A stretch of 59,563 nt of DNA from Pavona decussata (taxonomy: Eukaryota): assembly GCA_977016875.1 (NCBI GenBank), contig CDRNST010000213.1, positions 1,116,001-1,175,563 on the forward strand, read 5' to 3'. The position numbers and the translations under genes were made by a program. The stretch's first letter is position 1, and every line of letters begins with the position of its first letter. This document shows, piece after piece, positions 27,193-40,632 of the stretch. The notes under the pieces were generated by a model. That model saw only the letters and a program-made list of their open reading frames with translations, did not search any database and was not told the DNA's origin.

Positions 27193-30100
27193 CTAAGGAA
27201 AAAACAAATTTACATTAGAAAACGGCTAAAATCAATTTTCAACTTCGCGATTGGTGTCAAGTTTCCAACGTATGGCTATCTTAAACAACCCGAGTGTCTG
27301 GCTTTCTAAAAGTCAGAAAACGGCCACATCGTCGTAATCTGTTAGGAATTTTCAATAGTTCTGTCCCAGAGTATTAGCTTTGACTTAGAAGAATGTAGAT
27401 CTGACTTTAAAGTAAGAACCATCAGGAACCATTCCCGAGCAGGTTCTAATTTTTTAATAAAAGTCTACAATGATGTTTAACTCTGTAGTGAGGTGACCTT
27501 TTCCATTATTGTGTAAAATAAAAAGGAAAGATTGTTTTTAATTTTAGTAGCCTCATGGTCCTGTCTTATACATTCTCAATAAATCAGTTAAACAGTTGTA
27601 AGTCTGGCCCGCCAAGGTTAGCTCTCGCTACCTGCGGGCCAGTCTCTCTTTTTTGCTAAATTTTTGAAACTTGAAACTAAACTTGAAACTTATCACTTAT
27701 TAGCTGCTGGACAGTGTTTTCCAAGAACAATGTTTGACTGCTGAGATTTAAGGAGAAAGAAGGAATCTGAACATGGTTTGTGATTTATGACGTTTTAGTA
27801 GAGCCACCGGTAGAATGAAGGTTTTCAATAATCAAAAAAAACAAGGAGAGTCCCATAAACCTGCTGTTGTCAAATATACACGTACCTTCAATAAGACGAT
27901 CTTTTATGTGCTCCAGACCTGGACCACCTTCTTGTAGCTTATCAACGATATTATCAAAGCACTTTTGCTGGTCTTGTGGTGACAGTTTTGAAAGGGCCAT
28001 TAAAAACTTCTTCTTCACGTCTGCTTCAGGACATTTCGAAGCTAAATCCAAGTGATTGTTGTAAACATCGCCTTTACCAATCTCTTGTAAGACCCCACTG
28101 CATGCTGCCAAGATGCCATATGGACCCGTTAAAGGAGCGTCGTGAAGTGTCTCGTCGTCAAAAGGCAACCCGAAGAATTCTACAGGTGTTTTCTGCGAAT
28201 GGATCATAATTAATAGTTTTTTATTATTATTTATGTGAGAACGGCCACCGCCCTCGTAATGTATTTTCTTTCCTACCTTTCTCACATCCCCATCAAAAAA
28301 GTTTCGTCCAATCGAGCGGATTGATCGAGTCAGATGCAGTGCCGCGGCGCCCATGGGCTACGATCCAAAGGCACTGATATAATAGAAGCCTTGAAGCTCC
28401 TCTTCCGCCCTTTTTTTGGCATCAGCAGGGTATCATGGGGACGAAAGTCACAATCGGTTTCAGGTAACTACTTCTAGTCGTCAAATTCAAGTGTCACACA
28501 TTCGAATCACTTATTGCCATAGCTACAGGATTCAACAATCTTCTTTCTCTCTGATCACTTTCTAGAATCACACTGATTTGCTTATCACTTGTCAGTCATA
28601 ACACCCTTTCCTAAAGGCCCGTTTAAACGGTTTCAACATTTGACCAACATAAGTTCAACAAAAGTTGGACGAATGTTGGGAAAATGTCGGATAAATGTTG
28701 AATGGAATGTTCAAACGGCTTGAACAATCAACATTTTAGAGGGCAAAGGAAATGTTGAGTCGATGATGAATGAAAGTTCAGTCGATGTGCAGTTTGAGTC
28801 GATGATGAATGAATTAAATTTGATTCACCACGCTTTCAACAAGCTTTCAACATCTTTTACACTTTGAAAAATTTTGAACGACCCGTTGTAACGCCCTCGA
28901 CATTTGGTTCAACAAAGTGTTGAACGCATGTTGAAGCAAACCTTGAAACCGTTTAAAAGGGCCTTAAGCCCACTCCAAATAAGCGTCAACTTCCCAGAAA
29001 AAAGGTTCAGTGTTGAAATTTGTTTGTTTGTTTTGAAGAGAATAAAGACAAGCGGTCACCTAGACTCGACGATTATCACTGAATTGCTCAGTGACTCGAA
29101 TTAATACTCGGTCAAATTGGATACAAGTCTACAACATCCTTACTATCTCTAAATATTTTCCACCATTGTTAAGATTTCGAGGTAGTGTCTACTGTAGGAA
29201 GAACATTGTACATTACCAAAAAAGGATTTACATGTACCCTCTATTTAGCACTATGAAACGGAATGACGGACGAAACATCATCACCAAATTTCAATAAGTT
29301 TCATTAAAACTTCACTTAATTATCAGGAATTTTCCACAGAGAAAAAAGTTATACTTCTTCAAGTTGGGTGTTAAGGTATCAGTGTCAGACATCTTCAATA
29401 TAAAGAATATACATCGCGGTGTACCACTGTTCGCTAACGATTTTCATATTCGCTAGTCATTGTATGTTAGGGACATAAGTAGTACTTTGATTGTCAAAGA
29501 GTAAAGCCACTAAAAACAACTCTGTTATTATAAATTATTGCAATTGATAACAACACTTACACCAGGGTCATTAAATGTAGGAGGTAGTGTCAAATCCAGT
29601 ATGCAAAGCATATTGTCTTCATCTCGTTCTTGTTTTTTGCAGAACCAAACTGTCAACTCTTCACCAGCCACCAGCTGAACATTGAGATTCTTCCAACAAT
29701 AGTCCTCCTGAAAGCTGAAAACATGAACAAGATCGCTGTAAAGGGCAAAGATATTCATTAATATACGAGTTTTCCCAACAGGAGTCGAATCTATAACCTT
29801 CCCATTACTAGTACGGATGTTATATCATTTATTCAGCTGGCTTAAAACATAACACCACAATTAGCTCAGGCCAAGCGATCTAATATTTCCATTCAAAAAT
29901 GTGATGGAAAAACGTGTCTCCTATAAACTACACTTTAAGATGGTTCCCCAAATATGACCCACACCAAATGTTCTCGTCAATTAATAAATGTTCAGGAGAA
30001 ACGTCTCCTACAAAGAAGAGGAATACCGTCTCAGAAGGGTTGTTCAAACTAATCTTTGTGTTGTAATTTCTGTCAAGAATTTCAGCTCAATTTTTGCTGC

Positions 30101-33100
30101 GCGCTTTAACACTAAGAACTATAATTGCTACCCTTTTGGTTCAGAGTCTATTTTTGTGACCAAACACAACATATGTTGAATTCAAAATTAATTCGTTAGG
30201 ACTGTTCCTTGAACACTCCAAACACAAGTAAAACAAGGTATACCTTCGCTTGCAACATCTAAAAAACCGGATTTGATCAACAGTTGATTTCAACAGGGTT
30301 TCAGGAAAATGGTCATGGCCTATTCTGGAACGGATGGATGCCAACAAGAATGGTTTCTAAAAAAGGTAAATATCAACAAGTTTACATGAATTTCCTCACC
30401 TGATATGAAATCCTTGCAAGCGTTCCGCTCTTACAGGCCTAACGATACCGTCTGAAAGGAACACGTAAGCTTTGTCGTTGAGACACATTGGGTCGTCTGA
30501 GCTTCCGTCGTCTAACATGATATTACCATCCTCTTTCTCATTCGCTCGTACCTTATCTCTCTTTGAGGTTGGAGAGCAATACAGCCTCAGCTTTATCGTA
30601 CAATCAAGACGAGTGTCTTTTGGACCATAAGCTGCGAAAAATGCGGCTTTTCTTACACTTTCTGTGTTGGAACCACCAACTAATTCAGCAATGGGTCTCG
30701 CACACCACTCGACCCAACTCCAAAACCTGCAAACAAAAACGTGCATTGTTAAACTCACAATGTTATGTAGCAAAACATAAAACACCACGAAGCAAAACAA
30801 TTTGCAACTAGGCTACAGCAAATGCACCATTCAAAACCAAAACGTCACAGCTTCAATAAAAGCAAATAAAATTCAGATCAGAGATGAACATAAAAATGAA
30901 GCAAAACACTTAATTAGCTTGAGGATTTTCAAGACGAAAAGGTACTCAAAAACTATTTTCTTCAGAAATTATTTTGTTTGCTTGTTTCCAGTCACTTTTC
31001 TCTTTCGTTATGGGTGGGCGGTTGAAAGAAAAACAAACAACAAATTGACTTTTAAAAAAGACAACTGTTTCGCGTTGACTAAAGCAGTAAAGCAAAGAAT
31101 TTAGTTTGACGTACCCTGAAAAGTGCCTAACACTGAATTTGATGACAGCGCCATCAAAACTTGGGGTTGTCTCGAGTTCTTCTGTTATCTCAGTCCACTC
31201 CTGTTTGTAAGCTGCAGCACTTGATGAGTCTTTGAACCAGACCCGAACACGGACCAATGACAGGTCAGGAATGTCTAATCTCTGCTGCTCTCTCAATGAC
31301 AACGGAAGATGAATACTAACAGGTTCCATGAAATCGTGCTTCTTGGGACACGTTATTCTGAGTATGGGACCAGGCAACATTTGCTTGCCTTTGAAGGCTT
31401 TTTGGGGAAACTCCTGTACCTAAAGTATACCGTAATAAATGTATAAATAATCAAGCTTATTAATCAATTAATTAATTAATTAATTAATTAGTTATATACC
31501 TAATTATAGTCGAAATGTTAGATCTTCCCATATTTCAGATAAAAACATGTTTTCTCTTTTGCATATTTTTTCGAACCATATAATTAGGGGTATCGATTGG
31601 TCTTTGCAAGCATCCGCGTGCATGCGAATGTTAGTATGCATTCTTTGTCTAACTGTTCCACATCATTGACGTGCTACAGTCGTTCAGTTCGTTTGTGGAG
31701 GCTGATATCGATGCTTTCAAATCCAACGTTAGAAAACTTTCAAGGATGATCGATAGTAATAGATTAGTTCAGAAGCGTCAAGGTGTATTAACCGATTATT
31801 TCTCGAAAAAGTAAATCGCATGAACTCTGTAGCAGTAGCGCGACGTTTATCTCTTGGAAACCTGAACATTTTGTAGTACCTAGCCTTCTCCTGTTGCTTC
31901 GCTTTCTTTTGCTTCACGTTACGTTCTGATTTATATTATTTCACTAACAAATATCGTTCCCTTTTACTCAACTTTTCTGCAATTAAATCTGATTGAAATG
32001 TACACTGTATGAACAGAAATACACAGTAAACACCATTTTTTCCCTTACTTCAGGTCATTTGTTCTCAACTTCCGATAACTCGAACATTTTTACAGTGAGG
32101 AGCAATTTCACATTCTGCGTATGACAGCTATAATCATATTATTCTTAGCAAGCTTACCTTAACAATAACTTGCAGCTCTTCCTCTTGCTCAACAGCATTT
32201 GGGGGAAAAGCGATCCTCACAAGTGGATAATCAGGCAAACACAATTCAGTGCCCTTGGACGTGACAGTGTACTCGTAAGACTTGAGGCGGCAAACTACAG
32301 CAAATGTTGAGCACTGTGTTATCTTACTTACAGCAACTGGAAGGAGGTAGTCTGGAATATCGCTGAGAGAGGTGAGGTCTTTCATTAGATCTGAAACAAA
32401 CGGCATCCGCAGTGTTACAGTTGTCATAAAATAAAAATAAGTAATTAATTATCTCTTTGATATATACTTTTACTACGCCAGATATTTTTAAAAATTGTAT
32501 GCATTTAAAAATTATTATTATTATTTATTGTTATATTGTTAACCACTTAGTTAGAGTGCTTGGTTAATTGAGTCTGAAAAGCCCGTAGCAAGTACCTAAT
32601 AAAGATTATTATTAGTAAAAATCCATTGTAAAAAAACGACTCTTGTGCGATAAAATAAACAGCACAAAAAGAAAGAACTCTTAAGAAGTTCCTAATGTTT
32701 CGCCCTTTAGGAATTCTTTGGTAGACTAATTGGGACGTTGGAACGACCTTGTACTGCATAATAACAAATCAACAAAGAAGTTTCACTCCTCTCAAATCTG
32801 TTCAGTTGCTGCATTTTAGGATTTATGTAAGAACCACCATAATGAACAATCCCCTGAGCAATACCTTTAAATGAATATCCACATTTTACGATTTCGGCCA
32901 CAGACTCAAACTTAAGAATCACGTTGCACGATAAAATAAACAGCACCAACAGCGAGTATTGCTCAGAGGCCCGTCGGAGTCAATAAATTTTGCAGCTTAC
33001 GCACTTCGCTCACAACGATATACAAAGAAAGTGTAATATTTCTTACCAGCTAGTGACCGCAAGTCAACTGTTCCAAAAATGTCAACCCACTCATTGCTGT

Positions 33101-36100
33101 TACTGTCAATCAACATTTTTACCACCACTTCATATCCCTTTACGTCTGCCGCACAATGTGAAATCACTAAGGTGACTGCTTTGTTAAACCGCAGTCCTTC
33201 AGGGCTGTCGACCGATAGCTCAATGACGTCACTGACAATGGCTTCATTCCCATGCAGTGGTGGAGAGCGTGTCTGGGGATGCCATCTCAAGACAGTCACT
33301 GTCCTGTCTTCAGAAACAGCGTCAGCTGGGAATGTTACATGCGCCGCCACTTGCTTAAGGTCCCAGTGGGTACCTTGTTTGCTCACAGTCTCCCTGAAAA
33401 GTTACAAAAAATAAATAAAAGAAAATTCAATGGTTCTGGTGTCAACTGCTAAAACTGAATGATCAACGACATCATTTGCCACAGAACAACCGTATCATAA
33501 TTATGATTGGCCTTCTACCTACAGGCTGTTAAAACATAAACCGTAAGTAGTAAAAAGGTGATGAGTTCTGCTGTGCAGGTGCAATAAATTTCTTCGTACA
33601 TTTCTTAAATTCGCTAGCGTTCAAACGTAGGATTTTATCGACAAAGTAACCACAAAGGTAAAACCGTCAATACTTGATGGTTCATTATAGCATTCCTCGT
33701 GATTTCGGAATTATCGTTAAGGCCATGAACTCAGGTACGACAATTTTAAGCAGAAAGACTGTTGAAAGTATGCTGGCTGCAGATCTCTGTGATGTTTTTC
33801 AGTAATTACTTCCACTTCCTGTCGAGCCGAAGTCAAGGGAACTACGCGGAAGATATCATTATTTTTATTAAAAAGGCAAATTAACTTTTTTTATCTATAC
33901 ATACCCAATCAATGAACAAACATCGCGTTTTTCTGTTGTAAAATGAGAAAGAATGATGTTTCTCGTTGTGTGGGTGCTGTGTGTTTACTTACGGTGGATT
34001 CCTTTAATCCACACATATCTTTGCCAAGAAAAAAACAAAAATTTTCGAAGAGAGAAGAGAAAAGTTATTTGTTCGTCAAGTTTAACATATTGTAGTTTCT
34101 AATTGAAACAGAAGTATTTACCTAAAGATCTCGTCGTTTACGCCACTGAAATCATCTCCAAATCCAGTTTCTTCCTCAGATATCACATCATCAGATCCTA
34201 TTTCAAACTCTTCCTCAGGCTGCATCTCAGTCTCGTACTCAGATGTGACTTTGATCTCTTCTTCGTCGATGTCAATCACTTCTTCTTCACTCTCACTCTC
34301 ATCTGTCGAAGTGGTCGGAAGTCATGAGACGCACTACTAGCAATGCACTATTTACACAGTAAAACTTACAGCTGTAACCATGAAAACAAGTTCAAAGTAG
34401 TACCCGGTTTGAAATATTTTTTTTTATATACAAGAAGTCAAAAGATGCCATCATATGCCACTTAATGTATACTAAATTAACAAAGGGCTGTGGCAATTGG
34501 ATAAATTTCCGTGCTATGAAATCCACAAATGTTGTGGTGACGAAATCAGAATGACATGATCTGAAATTGGAGAACACCAGTTAACGATGATAATTTTCAG
34601 AAGTATAATAATGGCAATAGCGACTGACAAAATGTTGATAGCGAAGAGAAGGGGAGAGGAGGTTGAGGGGGAGGATGCGCGCTAATGAGACCGATACTGG
34701 TAAAGGAATGAAGACATAGAGACACAATCAAAATGATAAAGACGATTATGGTGTTAATGACTATGGTGACGGCGATCATAACGATTACGAAGAGGTTTGC
34801 GATTCGATTGTTACAATAAAAAATAACTATGATGATGACTATCATCATCATCATCAACACCATCATCATGATGCAGTAATATTGATTAAGACCATGTTTA
34901 GAAAAGTGATGAAAGTGGTAAAGATAAGCGTAAAGTAGAAAATGATGATTATGACTACACGTTAACATGAAAACACTGCTGTGGACATTAAGGACGAGAG
35001 GGAACACGAGAAAGTATAATCAGAAGGATTTTGTTATTTTTGCATGTAGATTTAACAAAGAAATGTACTTATTTACCTGTTGGTCTTAACGTGGCTCCTG
35101 GCTTTGTCCCGGTTTCGTTCAAAGTCTGAAAAAATATCAAAAAACATCATTCGTCTCCATTTACTTATTCATTTATTCATCTGCTGTCCGCTTAATAGAG
35201 GGTGTCCGCTTAATATGGGGTCCGCTAATTACAGATTTGACTGTATAAATCAATTTTTATAAACTAGCTTTAGTGATAACCGGTTTCAAAATTACTTCTC
35301 GTGTAGTTAATGCTGCGTTTATCTGTTGGTTTCTCTTCACGTCTTCTTTCCTCCTTTTGTAGGTTACGTCAATTTAACACTACCCAGTTTATACCCAAAC
35401 CCAAAACAGGACGGCCCAACAGTAAGTACATTTAGCGAGGTTTCACTGTATTTATTATTTACGCTCACTAACCCGTAAGGCAGCGTCATAGATTTTCACT
35501 CGCTTAAGGTTTCCAACTAAAGACGCCAGGTCTTTGAGCTCACGGAGGAACTCCTTCATCGTGGAAGATTCCATCTCAGCGTACTCCAGTTCCCACAGTC
35601 TCTCGTTGAATCTTAAAGCTTCTTCTCCATATCGTTTGCCAAGTTCCTTTTTCTCAAGTTCATGGCAGAGATGAAGAATGCCATCAATTGTTCTCTTTCT
35701 AGTTCTCATGATCTCCTTTGTCTCCTCTGCTCCTTTACTTTCTTTCCACTGTGTGAGCCAAGTCCTCAAGAGGTTTTCTCGGAATGTAGGGATACTTTCT
35801 TTTTCGTCTAGAGCTTGATACAGTTGTTCCACTTTACTCTTCAGCGTTGCTTTTTCATTTTCTTCTTCACCAACAAAGTCAGCCCTCTGCAGGAATTTTC
35901 TGTACAGACTCAACTTCTTCTGTTCGAGCTCTGAACGTTTTTCGTTCTGATTTAACTGAGAGCAAAAGCCAATTATCATGTCCAGTAACTCACTTCTCTC
36001 TGTAAGCATTGCATTAAGTTCTTCGTTATCTGTTTCCTGATCAAACGCCTGGTAAAAATCTTCCTCCGTTCCATTTTGAAATCCTTCATAAAACCACAGT

Positions 36101-39100
36101 CTTTCTTCTTCATACTCGCCCCTTGTATCTCTGCTTTCATCCTCGTCATCAAGTAGTTCCATTATGTTATCAATGATTGTTTTGTTATATTCAGTGAAGC
36201 CAAACTGAGAGGACTCTTTCTCTTCTTTCCAGAAACGCTTACAAAACGTTAAGGCATCGCGCCTAAAAGATTTTCTCTCCTGCCGAATGTTTTCTTTCTC
36301 CTTTTTCTTACTTTGTTGCCTATCTAAAAGATCACACATATCATTCACACCCTTGATGATCAAGTTCCACACTGCACTGTGGTTGCCGGGATCGAGCAAT
36401 TCCTCCATTTCCCATGCTTTGCGAAACAGATCTAAAGCTTTCTTAAACTCTCTTAAGTTTGCCTGAATCACGCCTTGTTGAAAAATGCTTCGCACCGTAT
36501 CGGGATGATTTCCAAGCCGTTTGTTTCTTATGTTGTAAGCCTTCTCTGCTAATTCAGCAGCTTCTGCGAACTTTTTTTGACGAACATAAACATTTGCAAG
36601 ATTCCTGCAGAAGAGTGCTTCATCTTCGTACCCTGTAATTTTGAGTTCTTCTAGAAGTTTCAGTGCATCTTTGTAACATTTAACAGCCTTGTCATATTCT
36701 CCTTGATCCTCGTGCACCGTGCCAATTTGATTTATGTACACTGGCATGTCATAGTGACTCTCCGAACCCTTTGACAGTTCCTTTCGCATGTTCAGTGCTT
36801 CTGTGTAGTACTCAAGAGCTTTCTGTGGTTTGTCAAGACCATAATAGCAGTTTCCCATAGCGTTGTAGCACCTGGCAAGGTTGGTGTCAACTTTCAGCAG
36901 CTCTTTTGTAAGGTCTAAAGACGACTGCAGGCATTCTAGTGCTTTCTTGTAATCTTTGCTTTGACAATGGATTTCCCCTTCAAAGTACTTGAAAAGTCCT
37001 TGAGTTAGCTTGAAAGATTCCGTGGTTTGATCTTGAACTTTTCCCAGTGAAGAAGCTGCTTGTTGTAATACTTCAAAAGCTTTACGAGGACCGCCATCTT
37101 CTAAAACCTGCCGAGCTTCCCAGCATCGTAACTGAGCTCGGAATAGAGAACCTGCGGAGAGAAAAAAACAAGCAAACTTACCACAATGAACCATTTTTAG
37201 TGTAGCTCGTATAACGAATTTAAATGTGCCAAAAATCGTCAGAGTAACTGCCCAAAATACGCCGTAGGTGCCAAAATTACCGCAACCGAGAGTATCCCAT
37301 TTGAATATGAAATCCGATGAGGCCGAGAATAATTAAGGATTCAGGGGCACCGAACGAGAAAATAAATGAAATTGGGAGATTGAGGCGGATAATACAAACT
37401 GGGGCCTCGATAAGTTAGCAGCATCTTCCAAAAAACGAGCGCTATATTTGCTAACACTACTTCACATTTTAAACACTAGCTAATTTAGAACTAAACTTTA
37501 GCAGTGTAATGTAGATTTTTTTTTGTAGATTGTGGAATCTTGTCAATCCTTTCCCACTGAAGCTAATTAAACAGTCAACAAATGGCATGACTTCACCTCA
37601 ACACGAATAAGTCTATCTGCATATATGCCTTATTCCAGTCGTTACAAAGCTAACAGAGCTAACGGTTTATCACATGTTTTCACCTTCTCGGCAACTTATG
37701 TTCATTGGAAACATTGTGTTAAAGGAGGCAGTCAAGAACTGCAAGTAGTAAATGGGGTTACCGCACGTGGCAATTTGGGGTATTTGACTGTCAAATATTA
37801 CTTTACTATAACCGTCAAAATTCTCGCGCGCTGATTGGCTCATAGCATATGCTTCTGCTTGTAGCTACAACGAGAAAAACAGCTGGATGTAGTACAACAA
37901 ACGACTCGACCATTATTTCGCGGCGAATGAAAGTACGAACAACAACAAGAAGCGAACGGTACTGCGAAGCGCATGTGGAGCGAAAACTGACAAGTTAATC
38001 AGAAATTTGGTATATCCAAGGAAGCCTACCAACAAGTCGTTTGCAGAGTTCGTCAACGTAGTGAAGAATCATCAAAATCCAAGACCCTCTTCAATCGCCT
38101 ATCACTTGAGTTTTGAACATTATAATTATGACGTCATTTTTATGGTCTATAAGAGTATGTATAGACCAAAGAAAAATGCAGTTGATTTGTTAAATATCAC
38201 TTGACACACTAAATAGCAGATGATAAATAAATAAGCCAATTCATGTGATGATCACTTCATATAAATTTTAAAGTAAAAATTTAAAAACCAATCAAAGTTA
38301 AAAGAGAACATGTTAAGACAACGCAAAATGTATTTTCACCAACAACAAAGAATGGTGTGTTCGTCACAAGGAAAAAAATTGCCTTAATAAAAGTTCTGAC
38401 TCCCCAGTGAGTCAGTGACGGACAAGACGCTTGTTTGTGAGAGACATAGAAACACAACCCCATAGAACAATAGCTGCAAACAACATGCAGTCCAGAGTAA
38501 TGTTAAAAACGGGTGGGGGGAGGGGTAGTGCCATGCATTGTATAAAAGTGACAGGGTGATCATTGTACCTTTTAGAATTACAATACGTGGTCTGGTATCC
38601 TTAAGGGTGCTAAAATCTAAAATGACTTCCGTCAGAGGTATAGTGGTACATTTTAGGGTTTTGAGCCAAAAAATGGTGGGGGGGGGGGGGGGAATTTCAG
38701 TAAATGTCAGTCAACTGATTTGGTACCTCTTACGGAATAGAAAATTATTTGTACCACACCCACAAAACAAAATTCTGGTACCTTTTACAGGCTCTTTTCA
38801 AAATTTCAGCCCAAGCACTTTTTTATGGGTGTCCTCCCCTCCCTTGTAATAAAAGATCCACAGGTCACATGTCTCTTCATACCAGAAGATTCATGAACAG
38901 TTTGAAAACTTTACATAGCATAATAAATCTTCAAGTACAAGAACTTACATGTAAAAGAACTTATTTGTGCAACAGAGCTTACCACAACTTACTAATAGTT
39001 CAGTGGAAGAGTGTTCAACCAGTGACATGGAAGCTCATCTATGAAGGTTTGATACCCCAAAGATTTTCTATGCGGTCTGTATTATGACAAAATGTAGCAT

Positions 39101-40590
39101 TCCCTATAACCACAAATTCTCAGCCACAATGTTTACAATGAAATAATATAAATCCCAGAACCAACCACACTTTTACTATTGTGAAGTTCCACAAAATAAT
39201 TTTATCCCACTCCTCACCCTTGATGGAAGGTCCCCATTAATTCTGAGGGGGTTGGAGGCATCAAGGACAAAAAACTCCAATGGGGGAGGGGGGTGAGGTA
39301 AGGGTCTAATTTGGAATAGAAAAATTCTTCCTTTGGGCGTTGACAGCTGTGCAGTACTTAAAACATGCAAGGATAAGGGTAGGTCCAAAAGCATTGTGTA
39401 AAGTGCTGGCAAAAACTAAGGTTCCTACTTCATGATTCAAAGTAGGCGAAAAATTTCTCAAGGGGTAGGGAGTGGAAGTTCAGGATAAAACAACCTTCAG
39501 TTGTGAGGTTAAAGGGAAAGGGGGTTAAAGGTTTGAGCAGCAGATCAGAGGCATTGTGTAAAGTAGTGACTTAATCAGCATAAAAAAAAAACACTGCAGA
39601 GTTGCAACAGGTGCATTCTCGTGAATGCCTTAGTGTTAATATTGTGACCAAAATTTAACTTGCCCATATTATTAGTATAAATAGAACAAAAACTATCATT
39701 ATAACATTGGTATTCTAAAAAAGGTTAGGCATGTCTTAAACAGGCATAATTCAATTGATACATGTATTTATAGGTAATTAATTGAACCCTACTTAACATA
39801 ATTATTGTTGTATTGTTTGGGACTCTATAGGTGAGACCCATATTAAAAGTCTTCAAAAACTTCAAAACTTTACGGCACAGATTATTACCGGTGCTTCATT
39901 TTAAACATGATCAAACAATGTTCTTGGTCACCTATTGGTTGAATTTAGCTGAACAGAGACGATATCAAAAGGCCATAACGCTGTTTAAAATAATCAGTCA
40001 TCTGACGCCATGCTTACTGATACTAGTTCTCTAAGTGATTACAGATTACGTTCTTCCAGGATGTAGAAGAACTAAAGTTCAACCTGACTATTTCAAAAAT
40101 AGTTTCGCATTTACAGGTGCAAAACCTTGGAGCAATCTTCCAAATTCTCTTAAGGAAGAAAACTCCGGTGATAGGTTAAAGAGTAAACTGAAGTTATTTT
40201 CACTATTGCCATCAACTATTTGTCTGAATAGCCTGTAGTTTCTTGGCCAGTGTAAAAGTTTAACTAATCTATATACTGATTTTATGCAAACCAAATTTTA
40301 ATAATTCTTGTATTTCAAATGTTTGATAAAATACACCTTATTCCAAAATAGCTACCATTTTAACATTCTATTGTTGGTATTCAAATTAGCCCTTCTTACC
40401 TCGTTCTTAAGCTCAAAAATCAAAAGAATATTTTATCTTGAACGAGGCAAGAAGGGCTAATTTAAATGCAAACAGAAGAATATTAAAATGGCAGCCATTT
40501 TGGAATAAGATTTATGCCCTGTTGAGATAAAGATATCTACCTACCTAGTACCTACCTACCTTACCAACCTACCCACCTACAAGCTATCGC

Positions 40591-40632
<42 letters not shown>

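Noticed and set aside
29354-29392. Possible micro-exon MSDTDTLTPNLK in the receptor gene
   Set aside because: Weak splice sites, and its phase-2 end would break the frame of the exon at 28192.
30319-30356. Candidate exon after the UPA exon
   Set aside because: It would need a ~43-nt intron and reaches a stop.
26840-33393. Naming the gene PIDD1, UNC5 or ankyrin
   Set aside because: No LRR, Ig/TM or ankyrin N-terminus; orthology cannot be shown without a phylogeny.
34597-35007. 136-aa hydrophobic ORF
   Set aside because: Product of (GAT/ATC)-rich low-complexity intron sequence.
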